Positions 54,234 to 64,000 of a stretch of DNA of 64,000 nucleotides are shown here, piece after piece; the first letter of the stretch is position 1; each line of letters begins with the position of its first letter. The position numbers and the translations under genes are program-made. Under the pieces are notes generated by a model, which did no database searches, was not told the DNA's origin, and saw nothing but the letters and a program-made list of their open reading frames with translations. Origin of the DNA: Vulcanimicrobiota bacterium (GTDB lineage: Bacteria; Vulcanimicrobiota; Vulcanimicrobiia; Vulcanimicrobiales; Vulcanimicrobiaceae); the NCBI GenBank assembly GCA_963714015.1, contig OY970223.1:1408001-1472000 (forward strand), written 5' to 3'.

Positions 54234-55172
54234 ATGGCACTTGCGGCACCCTTGAATCAGCCGATCGCCGAAGACGACAGTTTCGTCTACAGTAAGAACA
54301 CGGTTTGGAAGCGGTTCCGCAGACACCGCTTGGCAATGGTCGGCGCGATCGTGCTGCTTCTGCTGATCGTCATCGCCGTGTCCGCACCCAAGATTGCGCC
54401 GTACGATCCCAACGCCATCGACAACGTGCACTGGCAGGGTAATCCCCTTCCGCCGTGCTTTCAAGATGCGGGGCAGTGCGGCGGCCATTCTCTTGGCACC
54501 GACGAAAACGGCCGCGACGAACTCGCCCGATTGATCTTCGGCGCCCGGATTTCGCTGACGGTCGGCGTAGCGGCGGTGGCCATGGAGCTGGTCATCGGAA
54601 CGCTGCTCGGTGCAATCGCCGGGTTCTACGGCGGGTGGATCGACTACGTCGTCATGCGGATCACGGACGTCTTCTTGTCGATCCCCCTGCTGCCGCTGCT
54701 CCTTACGCTTACCGCGATCGTGGCGGCAAGCAGCAGTAAGGCCTCTCTCGGCTTCGGGGTCATCGTCGTCATCATCGGAGCACTCTCTTGGCCGGGGGTC
54801 GCGCGACTGGTCCGCGCCTCTTATCTCTCGCTTCGGGAGCGCGAATATACTGAAGCAGCCAGGGCGGTCGGCAATGGCGATGCACGCATCATGTTGCGCC
54901 ACTTGCTGCCGAACGCCATCGCACCCATCATCGTTCAGGCAACATTGGACGTCGCGGCCGTCATTGTGGTCGAGTCGACACTCTCGTTTCTCGGCTTCGG
55001 CATTCAGCCGCCGACCGCGTCCTGGGGCAACATGCTTGCCAACGCAGAGAGCAACCTGGAAGTGGCCTGGTGGGCCGCGGTCTTCCCGGGCCTTTGCATC
55101 TTGATTACGGTACTGGCAATCAACTACATCGGCGACGGCCTTCGCGACGCGCTCGACCCGAATATGCGCTAA
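54234..55172 (+). CDS. Peptide ABC transporter permease (DppC/OppC)
   Basis: LGTDENGRD, GARISL, EAARAVG, HLLPN and GDGLRDALDP motifs. Confidence 0.93.
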   Translation: MALAAPLNQPIAEDDSFVYSKNTVWKRFRRHRLAMVGAIVLLLLIVIAVSAPKIAPYDPNAIDNVHWQGNPLPPCFQDAGQCGGHSLGTDENGRDELARLIFGARISLTVGVAAVAMELVIGTLLGAIAGFYGGWIDYVVMRITDVFLSIPLLPLLLTLTAIVAASSSKASLGFGVIVVIIGALSWPGVARLVRASYLSLREREYTEAARAVGNGDARIMLRHLLPNAIAPIIVQATLDVAAVIVVESTLSFLGFGIQPPTASWGNMLANAESNLEVAWWAAVFPGLCILITVLAINYIGDGLRDALDPNMR

Positions 55173-55178
55173 TCGTGC

Positions 55179-55207
55179 TTGACCACCCGAGCCCGAACCG
55201 ATAGACT
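55179..55207 (+). promoter_or_regulatory. Sigma70 promoter of tRNA-Leu
   Basis: TTGACC-N17-TAGACT. Confidence 0.75.
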
Positions 55208-55254
55208 CTTTCAGTTAGTCGGCGCCGTCGTAGCAGCCGATGAGCAGCACTTAT

Positions 55255-55338
55255 GCGCGAGTGGCGGAATTGGTAGACGCACTAGCTTGAGGTGCTAGCG
55301 GGAGCAATCCCGTGCTGGTTCGAGTCCAGTCTTGCGCA
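55255..55338 (+). tRNA. tRNA-Leu(GAG)
   Basis: Acceptor stem GCGCGAG/CTTGCGC, D-arm GGCGGAATTGGTAGACGC, anticodon arm CTAGC-TTGAGGT-GCTAG, long variable arm, GGTTCGAGTCC. CCA is not encoded. Confidence 0.97.
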
Positions 55339-55373
55339 TAAAAAAAAGCTTGTCTCGCTGTTTTTTCATGCGC
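55334..55373. terminator. Probable bidirectional terminator hairpin after the tRNA
   Basis: GCGCAT-A-run-GC loop GCT-G-TTTTTT-C-ATGCGC imperfect inverted repeat. Confidence 0.5.
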
Positions 55374-55648
55374 CGGAACGAACTCGAACGCTTTAACAGG
55401 CGCTCGGCATAGATGCCTAAGCGCCCCTACCGGCACAGCCGGCAGGGCACCCCGCCGGGCTTAGGACTCCGGGCCGCCCGAGTTACAAAATAGCCGTCTC
55501 GGGTGCTTCCCTATGGGCGTCACGCCGATATAGGTTAGGCGTTCCAATCTGCGGCGTTGCTAAGACGCCGACCAAAAGTAAGTTCTGAAACCTGTGGGCG
55601 GTCCGCATCGTAAAGTAAAGCATACGGCGCCGTCGAGGAGTCTTTATC

Positions 55649-58600
55649 GTGTGGTTGACCCGTTTTGCAATTACCCGTCCAATCATCACCGCCATGGTGT
55701 TCATCGCACTGGCGATCTTTGGGTTGATTTCGTTTTTGCAACTCGGCCGCAGTTCGAACCCCCCGGGGACGACGTATCCGGTCGTTGTCGTGTCGGCCTC
55801 GTATCCGGGCGCTTCGCCGCAAGATATGGAGCGCATGGTCGTCAAGCCGATCGAAGATCAGATGACCGGCGTAGACAATCTCGACCACATTACGGCGACG
55901 ATTCAAGAAGGAACCGCCAGTGTCGCGGTGTTCTTCCTGATCGGTAAGGGGAACTACGATCTGGAGGCGGTCGACGTGCAGCGCCGGGTCGATACCGCGC
56001 GAATTTACATGCCGACCGATCTGAATCCGCCCGTCGTGATCAAAGCGGGCGGTCAGGAACCGCCGATTATCGATCTTGCGGTGAGTTCCAAATCGCTTAA
56101 CCAGACGCAGATCGCCGATCTCATCAACAATCAGGTCGAACCGCAGATAGCGCAGATCCCCAACGTGCAGTCGGTCGATGTCTACGGCGCGGCCGACCGT
56201 GAGTTCCACGTGGAGCCCTCGCCCGTGCGGCTGCTCGGGACAAACGCCACGCTTTCGGACGTTTTTAATGCCGTCGCGAACAACAATTTGAACGTTCCCG
56301 GCGGGCTCATGACCCAGCCCACGCGCGAAGCGACCGTTGCCATTCACTCGTACGTGAACACTGCAAACGATCTGCTGGGCATTCCGCTACCCGTACCGGG
56401 TGCCGCCAACAAGAACCTGCGCATCGGCGACGTCGCGAGCGCCTCCGACAGTCACATCGAAATGCGTTCGATCTCGCATTACAACGGCCAGCCGCGCGTC
56501 TACGTCTCGCTGAACCCGACGATTGACGCAGACCAAATCAAGGCAACCCAGGTCGCACGGCAGCAGCTGAAGATTATCGAAGCGCGCTTTCCGCAGCTGC
56601 AGTTCGTAGAAGAAGACGCCCAAGCAGACGTCACGGCCAAAGAACTTTGGGGCGTCGGTCAATCGCTGATAGAAGGCATCGTCCTGACGGCTATCGTGAT
56701 GATGCTTTTCCTGCACGCCTGGCGCAACGCCGTGGTCGTGCTCGTGGCGATCCCGTCTTCAATTCTATCGACGTTCATCCTGATGCGGCTCTTCGGTTTC
56801 CACATCGACGATCTCTCGATGATGGGGCTCTCGCTCATCATCGGAATCTTGGTCGACGACTCGATTGTCGTCTTGGAAAATATCACCCGGCATAGGGACA
56901 TGGGGCAAGACCCCATCAACGCGGCGATAAACGGCCGCAACGAAATCGGAAGCGCCGCCATCGCGATCACGATGGTCGACGTCGTCGTCTTCCTTCCTAT
57001 CGCGCTGCTGCCGGGGATCACGGGCGAATATTTGAAAGAATATGGAGCGGTCGTCGTAACCGCGACGCTTTTCTCGCTTTTCGTGTCCTTCACGCTCACG
57101 CCGCTGCTTGCCGCAAGATGGAGCATGCGCAGCCGCTCGGAGGCGCAGCCGAAGTGGCTTTCCGCGCTGGACGATCGCAGGCTCGACGCGCTCCTCGTGA
57201 TCGTTGCCGTCGCGCTGTGGTTCGGAGGCAGCGCGACGGGCTGGTTCCTCATGAACGTCCTCGGCGTCTTCATCGTTGCGCTGCTGATTCTGAACTTCAT
57301 CGTACACCGCTACGACGTCATGACGCGAGTCTACAGAGACCATCTTTTGCCGTTCGCGCTTGCACACGGAGCATTCGTAGTCTTCGTATGCGCCGTGCTT
57401 CTCCTGAATGCGCTCGCGCTGGTCGGGAACGGAAAAAACGCCCTTCCGCTCGATGCCGTGGTCCTTACCGGAACGCTGCTCTGTTACGGCATCGCCTGGG
57501 CGCTGCGCAACTTTACCGGCCGGCGCAAAGGGTTCGCGACCCTTGGAACGCACCGGCCCACCGCGATTGCGACTATTATCCTGCCTGTCGTTGCCGGTTT
57601 GATTATGTGGTCGCTCGGCGGAATCAGCTTCGACTTCTTCCCCGCGGAGCAGACGGGCGTGATCAACATGACGGTGAGCTATCCGTCCGGAACGCCGATC
57701 GCTACCACGGACGGGTTCGTAACCAAACTCGAACAGGGACTCTTGAAGGTCAAGGATATGAAGTCCGTCAGTTCGACCGTCGGTATGAAACCCTCAGGTT
57801 TCGGCTCGACTACGGGTGGAAACTTTGCGGAGCTGACGGCGCAAGTCAAAGACGGTCATTATGGGGAAACGAACGCGATCGTCAAGCAGATTCGCGGTAT
57901 GGGATATCTGGTACCCGGTGGGGACTTGCAGGTTAACCAACAATCGGGCGGAGGCGGCGGCGGCGGCTCGGCAATATTCTATTCGCTCACCGGACCCGAA
58001 GACGAGATTGGTCCTGCAGCAGAAAAAGTCGCCAAATACCTGCGCGGCATTCCGGGCTCCGTCAACGTTCAGACTTCGGCGGAGATCGCCGCACCGCGCC
58101 TGAACGTCGACATCGATCAATCCAAAGCCGAGCTGCTCGGCGTGGCCCCATCGGATGCTGCGAACGTCGCGCGTATTGCCGTAGACGGCGCGGTTGCAAC
58201 GAAGGTGCGAACGCAGAACGGTTTGGTCGACGTCCGGGTGCAATTCCCGCTCGCGCAGCGCAGCACGGTCGAGCAGCTGGAGAATGTGCGCGTTCGCGCC
58301 CAGGATGGTACGCTCGTGCCGCTGGGTGACGTCGCTACGTTTACTTGGACCAAAGCGCCGACCCGCATCGAACGGCTCAATCGCCAGCGCGTCGTCAACG
58401 TGACGAGCGATCTGCTGCCGGGTTACTCCACCGGTCAAGTGCAGGGACCGCTCGAGAAGAAAATGGCCGAGCCGGGATTCCTGCCCAGCGGCGTCTCGCC
58501 GGCGGCGCAGGGCAACTCGCAATGGGTCAACGAGACGATGATGAACATGGGCATCGCTCTGCTGACGTCGTTCATGCTCGTCTACATGCTCATGGTCATC

Positions 58601-59113
58601 CTCTACGGCTCGTTCCTCGAACCGCTGATCGTGATGTTCTCCGTGCCGCTCGCCGTTATCGGCGCATTGATCTTCCTTGCAATTATGGGACGCATACAGC
58701 CGCAGCAGGGACAGTCGCTCAACATCATCTCGATCCTCGGCATCATCATGCTCTTCGGTCTCGTTGCCAAGAATGGTATTCTGTTGGTCGACTACTCGAA
58801 TACGCTCATCAAACGCGGGATGCGCGTGCGCGACGCAGTGCTCCAGGCGGCGGCGACGCGTTTCCGGCCGATCGTCATGACGACGGCAGCAATGATCTTC
58901 GGCATGCTTCCGCTGGCTCTGGGATATGCCGAAGGCGGCGAGTGGCGGCAAGCGATGGGCACCGTCATCATCGGCGGCCTCATCAGCTCCCTCATCCTCA
59001 CGCTATTTCTCGTGCCGATGATTTACAACACGTGGTTGGGCTATTACGAGCACAAGGCGGACCAACGCGCCGTAGCGGAGGAGCTCAAGGTTCAGCCCGT
59101 TCTGACCAATTAA
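55649..59113 (+). CDS. RND (AcrB-family) efflux transporter with extra membrane segments
   Basis: YPGASP, GILVDDSIVVLENI, VAKNGILLVD and RFRPIVMT motifs. GAGGAG SD. Confidence 0.95.
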   Translation: MWLTRFAITRPIITAMVFIALAIFGLISFLQLGRSSNPPGTTYPVVVVSASYPGASPQDMERMVVKPIEDQMTGVDNLDHITATIQEGTASVAVFFLIGKGNYDLEAVDVQRRVDTARIYMPTDLNPPVVIKAGGQEPPIIDLAVSSKSLNQTQIADLINNQVEPQIAQIPNVQSVDVYGAADREFHVEPSPVRLLGTNATLSDVFNAVANNNLNVPGGLMTQPTREATVAIHSYVNTANDLLGIPLPVPGAANKNLRIGDVASASDSHIEMRSISHYNGQPRVYVSLNPTIDADQIKATQVARQQLKIIEARFPQLQFVEEDAQADVTAKELWGVGQSLIEGIVLTAIVMMLFLHAWRNAVVVLVAIPSSILSTFILMRLFGFHIDDLSMMGLSLIIGILVDDSIVVLENITRHRDMGQDPINAAINGRNEIGSAAIAITMVDVVVFLPIALLPGITGEYLKEYGAVVVTATLFSLFVSFTLTPLLAARWSMRSRSEAQPKWLSALDDRRLDALLVIVAVALWFGGSATGWFLMNVLGVFIVALLILNFIVHRYDVMTRVYRDHLLPFALAHGAFVVFVCAVLLLNALALVGNGKNALPLDAVVLTGTLLCYGIAWALRNFTGRRKGFATLGTHRPTAIATIILPVVAGLIMWSLGGISFDFFPAEQTGVINMTVSYPSGTPIATTDGFVTKLEQGLLKVKDMKSVSSTVGMKPSGFGSTTGGNFAELTAQVKDGHYGETNAIVKQIRGMGYLVPGGDLQVNQQSGGGGGGGSAIFYSLTGPEDEIGPAAEKVAKYLRGIPGSVNVQTSAEIAAPRLNVDIDQSKAELLGVAPSDAANVARIAVDGAVATKVRTQNGLVDVRVQFPLAQRSTVEQLENVRVRAQDGTLVPLGDVATFTWTKAPTRIERLNRQRVVNVTSDLLPGYSTGQVQGPLEKKMAEPGFLPSGVSPAAQGNSQWVNETMMNMGIALLTSFMLVYMLMVILYGSFLEPLIVMFSVPLAVIGALIFLAIMGRIQPQQGQSLNIISILGIIMLFGLVAKNGILLVDYSNTLIKRGMRVRDAVLQAAATRFRPIVMTTAAMIFGMLPLALGYAEGGEWRQAMGTVIIGGLISSLILTLFLVPMIYNTWLGYYEHKADQRAVAEELKVQPVLTN

Positions 59114-59227
59114 TCGAAGCAGCCGGTTGCCGCAGGATGACACGCTTGGAAGCAAGCGTGCAGAGTTAAGCCGCAGCGCTGGGTAAGCGTTCTCTCGGAA
59201 AGCCGTTATCTCGGAGGAGAAGAGAGA

Positions 59228-60277
59228 ATGCAATCATTGAAACGCCCTGCGGGCTGGGCACTGAGCGTCATGCTTGCGCTTGCCGCGGCGACGGGACCAC
59301 TTGCGGCCGCAAACGTCACTGTCGTCGTGAATGGGCAAGTGATGTCGTTCGATCAGCCGCCCGTCATGCAAAACAGCCGCGTTTTCGTTCCTATGCGCGC
59401 GATCTTCGAGCGTCTCGGATCGACCGTGGTGTATGCAAACAACAACATCAATGCTCAGGGCAACGGACGATCGGTTCATCTGACGATCGGCTCGCCTCAA
59501 GCGATGATCAACGGGCAAAACACGACGCTGGACGTCGCTCCGTTTTCCGTTGCCGGCCGCACCGAAGTGCCGCTGCGCTTCGTTGCGGAGTCGTTGGGCG
59601 CCAAAGTGAACTGGGATGCAAATACGTCCACCGTCTACATTTCGACCTCGGGCGGGGGAACGAGCCAGAACTACGGACCGAGTTCGTCGGTCTATCTCAG
59701 CGACGTTCATCCCGGCCGCGGAGCATCGATCAACACGACGCATCCGGCGATTCGCGCGACGTTCAGCCAGTCGATACGCCGCGACTCGCTGCGAGTGAGC
59801 ATCGACGGACATGACGTCACACCGTTGGTTTATGCCAATTCAAACGGATTCAACGTCACGCCGAATTTCGAACTGACCCCGGGCACGCATCGCGTTACCG
59901 CAACCGGAACGACCGAAAGCGGCGGGAGCTTTAGTACCGGCTGGTCCTTTACGACGGGCGCCGGCGCGGCAGCGAATTCGATTATGAATCTCTCGCCGTC
60001 GCCGGGAAGCTCCGTGGGCAGCTCGTTCACGATCTCCGGGCGCACGCGTCCGGGTTCGAGCATACACATCGTGGCGACCGGAGCCGCGAGCGCGCTTGGC
60101 GGACTGCTGCAGGTGGGAACCGGAACGTTCCAAACCGACGTTCAGGCCGATGCAAACGGAAACTTCAGCGCACCGATTGCGCTCAACGCCGTTTCGGGCG
60201 GCCAGGTTCGCGTCATCATCACCTCGACCGCGCCGGACGGCGCCTCTATTGAACGAAACGTCGTCTACACCAGCTGA
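59228..60277 (+). CDS. Secreted protein with copper-amine-oxidase N-terminal (stalk) domain and Ig-like domains
   Basis: Signal peptide, RVFVPMRAIFE.LG and VPLRFVAESLGA.V.WD motifs, then beta-rich Ser/Thr/Gly domains. GGAGG SD. Confidence 0.85.
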   Translation: MQSLKRPAGWALSVMLALAAATGPLAAANVTVVVNGQVMSFDQPPVMQNSRVFVPMRAIFERLGSTVVYANNNINAQGNGRSVHLTIGSPQAMINGQNTTLDVAPFSVAGRTEVPLRFVAESLGAKVNWDANTSTVYISTSGGGTSQNYGPSSSVYLSDVHPGRGASINTTHPAIRATFSQSIRRDSLRVSIDGHDVTPLVYANSNGFNVTPNFELTPGTHRVTATGTTESGGSFSTGWSFTTGAGAAANSIMNLSPSPGSSVGSSFTISGRTRPGSSIHIVATGAASALGGLLQVGTGTFQTDVQADANGNFSAPIALNAVSGGQVRVIITSTAPDGASIERNVVYTS

Positions 60278-60334
60278 TCAGCCGGAATGCGGCGCCGGGA
60301 AACCGGCGCCGCACCCTCGAACCGGCCCCCTTCC

Positions 60335-62851
60335 ATGAGAGTGGAGGAATCGGGGCACCGGCCGTTCGCGTTGCCTGGCGCTTCGGCGCGCTACGGTCCG
60401 GACAAACTGGTCGACGTCGTCCACATCGATCTGCACCTCGTTCCCGATCTGGACAACGCCATTCTGGACGGTATATGCACCACCACCGTTCAAGCGCTGG
60501 ACGAAGCGGTTTCCTCACTGGTGCTCGACGCGGTAGACTTTGAAGTAAAATCGGTCGAGCGCGACGGCAAAGCGCTGCGGTTCACTCGACGCGCCCGTGC
60601 GTTGGAGGTTTTTTTCGATCCGGCACTGCAGCCCGAAGAGCGGACGACGTTTGCCGTAACGTACCGCGTCACCGAGCCGCGCCACGGCCTGTTCTTCATC
60701 CGGCCGAACCCTGAGTATCCCAACCGCGTAACGCACGTCTGGACCCAAAGCCAAGACGAGAATGCGCGGTATTGGTTTCCTTGCCTGGACTATCCGCACG
60801 AGAAGCAGACGACGTCGGCGACGATCGTCGTGCCCGAAGGTACCTTTGCGCTCTCGAACGGCGCGCTCGTCGAAAAGCGCACGGAAAACGGCAAGACGAG
60901 CTTCGCGTACCGTCAGGACGTGCCGCACTCTACGTATCTCACGACCATGGTCGCCGGACCGTTCGTAGAGATTCAGCAACCATCGGCCGGAAAGACGCCG
61001 GTATTCTATTACGTGCTTCCGGGAAGAGAAGCCGATGGCGCGCGCGCGTTCGGCAAGACGCCAGAAATGATCGAAATTTTCGAAGAACGGCTCCAATACC
61101 CGTATCCTTACGCGCGGTACTCACAGATCGCAGTCAGCGATTTCATCTTCGGCGGCATGGAGAATACGTCGGCGACCACCCAGACGGACAGAACGCTTCA
61201 CGACGAGCGCGCCCAGCTGGATTTCTCGAGCGACCCGCTGGTCTCACACGAGCTGGCGCATCAGTGGTTCGGCGATCTGCTGACGACGCGCGATTGGGCT
61301 CATGCTTGGCTCAACGAAGGCTTTGCAACGTTCTTCGAGATGGTTTTTCGCGAAGCGGCTCTCGGCCAAGACGAATATCTCTATGACGTATTCGGATGTC
61401 TCGAGCGCTATTTGGAAGAAGACGCCGGCCGCTATCGCCGGCCGATCGTCTGCAACCAGTTCCGCGATCCGATCGAGTTGTTCGACCGGCATCTGTACGA
61501 AAAGGGCGGTGCCGTCCTCCACATGCTGAGGGGCGAACTCGGCGAGTCGCGGTTCTGGCGTTCGATTCGGCGATACGTGCGTGACAACGCCGAGCGCAGC
61601 GTCGAGACGATCGATCTGATTCGCGCAATCGAGTCGGCGACGGGGCGGAATATGCGCGCGTTCTTCGATCAATGGGTCTTTCGCGGCGGGCACCCGCAGT
61701 TGACGATAGCGGCCTCTTACGATGCGAAACTGCGGACCGCCACGGTAACGATCGATCAAAAGCAGCACGCTGAGGCCGATTGCGCGCCGTTTCAGTTCGA
61801 AGTGGACCTAGCGTTCCGGCCCGCGGGTGACGCGCAAGCCGAACGGCGAATTCGCGCGCGCATCGAGCGCACGCACGAGACCGTTACGGTGCCGCTCGAT
61901 TTCGAGCCGGCGCTGGTCCGGTTCGATCCGGGCGCATTCATTCTGGCTGACGTTACGTACGCTCTGGGCACCGAGTTTGCGGCCGCAGCACTCGGCGCTG
62001 ATCCCAGCGTCGTGGCTCGGATCCGTGCGGGACGCGAACTCGCCAAGGATGGCTCCGCGGCGGCGCGTGAGGCGATCGCCGCAGCGTTCCGCGAAGAGCA
62101 ATTTTGGGGCGTTCTGGCAGATTTGGCTTCGGCGGTCGGTAAGACGCGATCTTCGTGGGCGCGCGAGATCCTCGTTGCGGCCGTCGGGCATCGGCATCCC
62201 AAGGTTCGCCGCGCCGCAGCTGCGGCACTCGGAAACTTCAAAGACGAAAGCGCGGCACAAGCGCTCATTGCTCCGGCAAAGAGCGATGCTTCGTACTTCG
62301 TGCAGTCCGCCGCGCTGCACGCGCTGGGGAAAACGAAAGGTGCTTCGGCATTCGACGTGCTCTCTGCGGCGCTCGGCGCGCGGACTTGGAACAGCGTGGT
62401 CGAGGCCGGAGCCGCATACGGGTTAGGCGAGTTGGGAGATGTCCGCGCCACTTCGCTGCTCATCGAGGCAGCCAAGCCGGGCCACGAAGAGGCGTTGCGC
62501 CGGGCGGCCCTAGCGTCACTCGCGCGGACCGCCGAATTGCTCGAGCCGGAGCGCACGGCGGCTGTGGAGGCGATCTCCGCCCGTTTAGACGATCCGATGT
62601 TTCTCGTTCAGCGCGCGGCGATTCATGCGGCCGAACAACTTGCGGATGCGCGATTCCTTCCGCCGCTGGATCGGCTCGGAACCTCGGCCTTCGACGGGCG
62701 GATTCGACGCGATTCCACCGAAGCCGCGATTCGTATCCGTGAATCTCAAAAGGTCCCCGCGCAAGTCACCGGACTTCGGTCCGATCTCGATGCCCTACGT
62801 GAAGAGCAGCGCAAACTTCAGGACAAGATCGAGGCAATCGCGCGCACGTAG
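60335..62851 (+). CDS. Cytoplasmic M1 family aminopeptidase with HEAT repeats and C-terminal coiled coil
   Basis: GGMEN, HELAHQWFGD...NEG and YEKG motifs. Start at ATG 60335. Confidence 0.93.
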   Translation: MRVEESGHRPFALPGASARYGPDKLVDVVHIDLHLVPDLDNAILDGICTTTVQALDEAVSSLVLDAVDFEVKSVERDGKALRFTRRARALEVFFDPALQPEERTTFAVTYRVTEPRHGLFFIRPNPEYPNRVTHVWTQSQDENARYWFPCLDYPHEKQTTSATIVVPEGTFALSNGALVEKRTENGKTSFAYRQDVPHSTYLTTMVAGPFVEIQQPSAGKTPVFYYVLPGREADGARAFGKTPEMIEIFEERLQYPYPYARYSQIAVSDFIFGGMENTSATTQTDRTLHDERAQLDFSSDPLVSHELAHQWFGDLLTTRDWAHAWLNEGFATFFEMVFREAALGQDEYLYDVFGCLERYLEEDAGRYRRPIVCNQFRDPIELFDRHLYEKGGAVLHMLRGELGESRFWRSIRRYVRDNAERSVETIDLIRAIESATGRNMRAFFDQWVFRGGHPQLTIAASYDAKLRTATVTIDQKQHAEADCAPFQFEVDLAFRPAGDAQAERRIRARIERTHETVTVPLDFEPALVRFDPGAFILADVTYALGTEFAAAALGADPSVVARIRAGRELAKDGSAAAREAIAAAFREEQFWGVLADLASAVGKTRSSWAREILVAAVGHRHPKVRRAAAAALGNFKDESAAQALIAPAKSDASYFVQSAALHALGKTKGASAFDVLSAALGARTWNSVVEAGAAYGLGELGDVRATSLLIEAAKPGHEEALRRAALASLARTAELLEPERTAAVEAISARLDDPMFLVQRAAIHAAEQLADARFLPPLDRLGTSAFDGRIRRDSTEAAIRIRESQKVPAQVTGLRSDLDALREEQRKLQDKIEAIART

Positions 62852-64000
62852 GCGGCGACGCGTTGCTGCGGTGCTGGTGGTTCTGGCCGTAGCAATTTCC
62901 GCAGCTGCGGTTCTGCTGCGTCCACGGGCGCACGCCGACGCCTTTATCGCTCGATTGCCCCGGCCGGCCCACACCGGCGCGATCCTCGTTCGGCGAGGAC
63001 CGGCGCCGCACTGGGGACAGGCGTCGCGCACGGAACTCGACGCCGCATTGCAGTCGGCGCTCGGCCCCGCACTCTCCGGCGCGCGCGATTGGAGCCTCGC
63101 GGTTATCGCGCAAGACGGAACGCTGCTTTACTCCAATCGCTCGCAAGACGCCGTGGAACCGGCTTCATCGCAGAAGCTCATCGTAACGGACGCGTCGCTG
63201 GGAGAGCTCGGACCGCAGTATCGTTTCGACACGATGCTTGCGGCGAGTGAGCCGCCGTCCGGCGGAATCGTCAGCGGCGATCTGTGGCTTGCGGGTTCGG
63301 GCGATCCGTCGCTCCGAAGTACGGACCTGAACGCGGGCGCCGCAGTGCTGCGCAAAGCCGGTATCACTCGCATCGACGGGCGCGTCGTCGTCGACGCAAG
63401 CTCGATCGCCGGCGAAGAGATTAACCCGCTGTGGAATGCGGACGATTCGAACGAAGACTTCATGAGTCCGACCAGCGGAATCTCCATTGACGAAGACACC
63501 GTCGAGTTCGACGTTACCGGGACCACGCCCGGCGATCCCGCGCACGTGCGGGTGGTGCCGCCGAGCTCGGACGTGAAATATTACGGAAGCGTCTTGACCG
63601 CAGACGGCGACGACGTCATCGTCGCGGGAACCGAGACGCCGAACTTGTTCCGGCTGGACGGTTCCATTCCGGCCGGAGTGCAAGAGAAGTTCTGGGTTCC
63701 GGTCCACGGCATTGCGCAGTATGCCGGTTCGGTAACCGATACCATCCTTCGACGCGACGGCATTGCGTTTGGGCAGCCTGCAACGACCGGAACGGTCCCG
63801 GTGGACGCTCGCATTCTCTGGCTGCACCGCTCGCAGCCGCTTCGGGTCCTGCTGCATCACATGCTCGTCGACTCGGACAATCACTTTGCCGAACAGTTGA
63901 TGCGAACGCTGGGCGGCGACAGCGGCGGCACACCGAACGACGCAGGCGGTCTGGCGGTCGAACGCAGCATTTTGGCATCACAAAAGATTCCGACGCCGGG
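62790..64000 (+). CDS. dacB: D-alanyl-D-alanine carboxypeptidase/endopeptidase (peptidase S13), partial
   Basis: Not in the ORF track because it has no stop in the window. Basic N-region plus TM helix, PASSQK (SxxK, about 63159), GSGDPSL and SDNHFAE (SxN). Start uncertain (62790, 62799 or 62871). Confidence 0.88.
   Translation, partial: MPYVKSSANFRTRSRQSRARRRRRVAAVLVVLAVAISAAAVLLRPRAHADAFIARLPRPAHTGAILVRRGPAPHWGQASRTELDAALQSALGPALSGARDWSLAVIAQDGTLLYSNRSQDAVEPASSQKLIVTDASLGELGPQYRFDTMLAASEPPSGGIVSGDLWLAGSGDPSLRSTDLNAGAAVLRKAGITRIDGRVVVDASSIAGEEINPLWNADDSNEDFMSPTSGISIDEDTVEFDVTGTTPGDPAHVRVVPPSSDVKYYGSVLTADGDDVIVAGTETPNLFRLDGSIPAGVQEKFWVPVHGIAQYAGSVTDTILRRDGIAFGQPATTGTVPVDARILWLHRSQPLRVLLHHMLVDSDNHFAEQLMRTLGGDSGGTPNDAGGLAVERSILASQKIPTP

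Noticed and set aside
55255..55650. tRNA-anchored genomic island
   Set aside because: No integrase, and no duplicated tRNA 3' end was seen in the window.

Overview
A GC-rich, gene-dense bacterial chromosomal segment made up mostly of housekeeping genes. Gene content and protein style suggest a Terrabacteria-group soil organism, possibly Eremiobacterota/Vulcanimicrobiota (inference only). It carries ftsK, the futalosine menaquinone genes mqnE-mqnA-mqnC, mnmA, rodZ-yajQ-rimO, cell-envelope genes, secA, prfB with its programmed +1 frameshift, rlmN, alpha2-type glyQS, ppdK, dnaG-rpoD, dtd, proline dehydrogenase, a kamB-kamC-kce lysine-catabolism module, peptide ABC permeases, tRNA-Leu(GAG), an enlarged RND transporter, two M1 aminopeptidases and a partial dacB. 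I found no CRISPR array, integrase, transposase or rRNA. The most striking observation is that all six non-programmed frameshifts found are single-base insertions that can be placed in or next to the palindrome AGCT. This suggests an AGCT DNA modification causing systematic long-read errors. Other points of interest are a KamBC-type B12-enzyme reactivase without its mutase, an RND pump with about four extra transmembrane helices, likely CTG start codons, a recurring non-sigma70 promoter-like motif before SD-less genes, and a standalone DnaD-like winged-helix protein.
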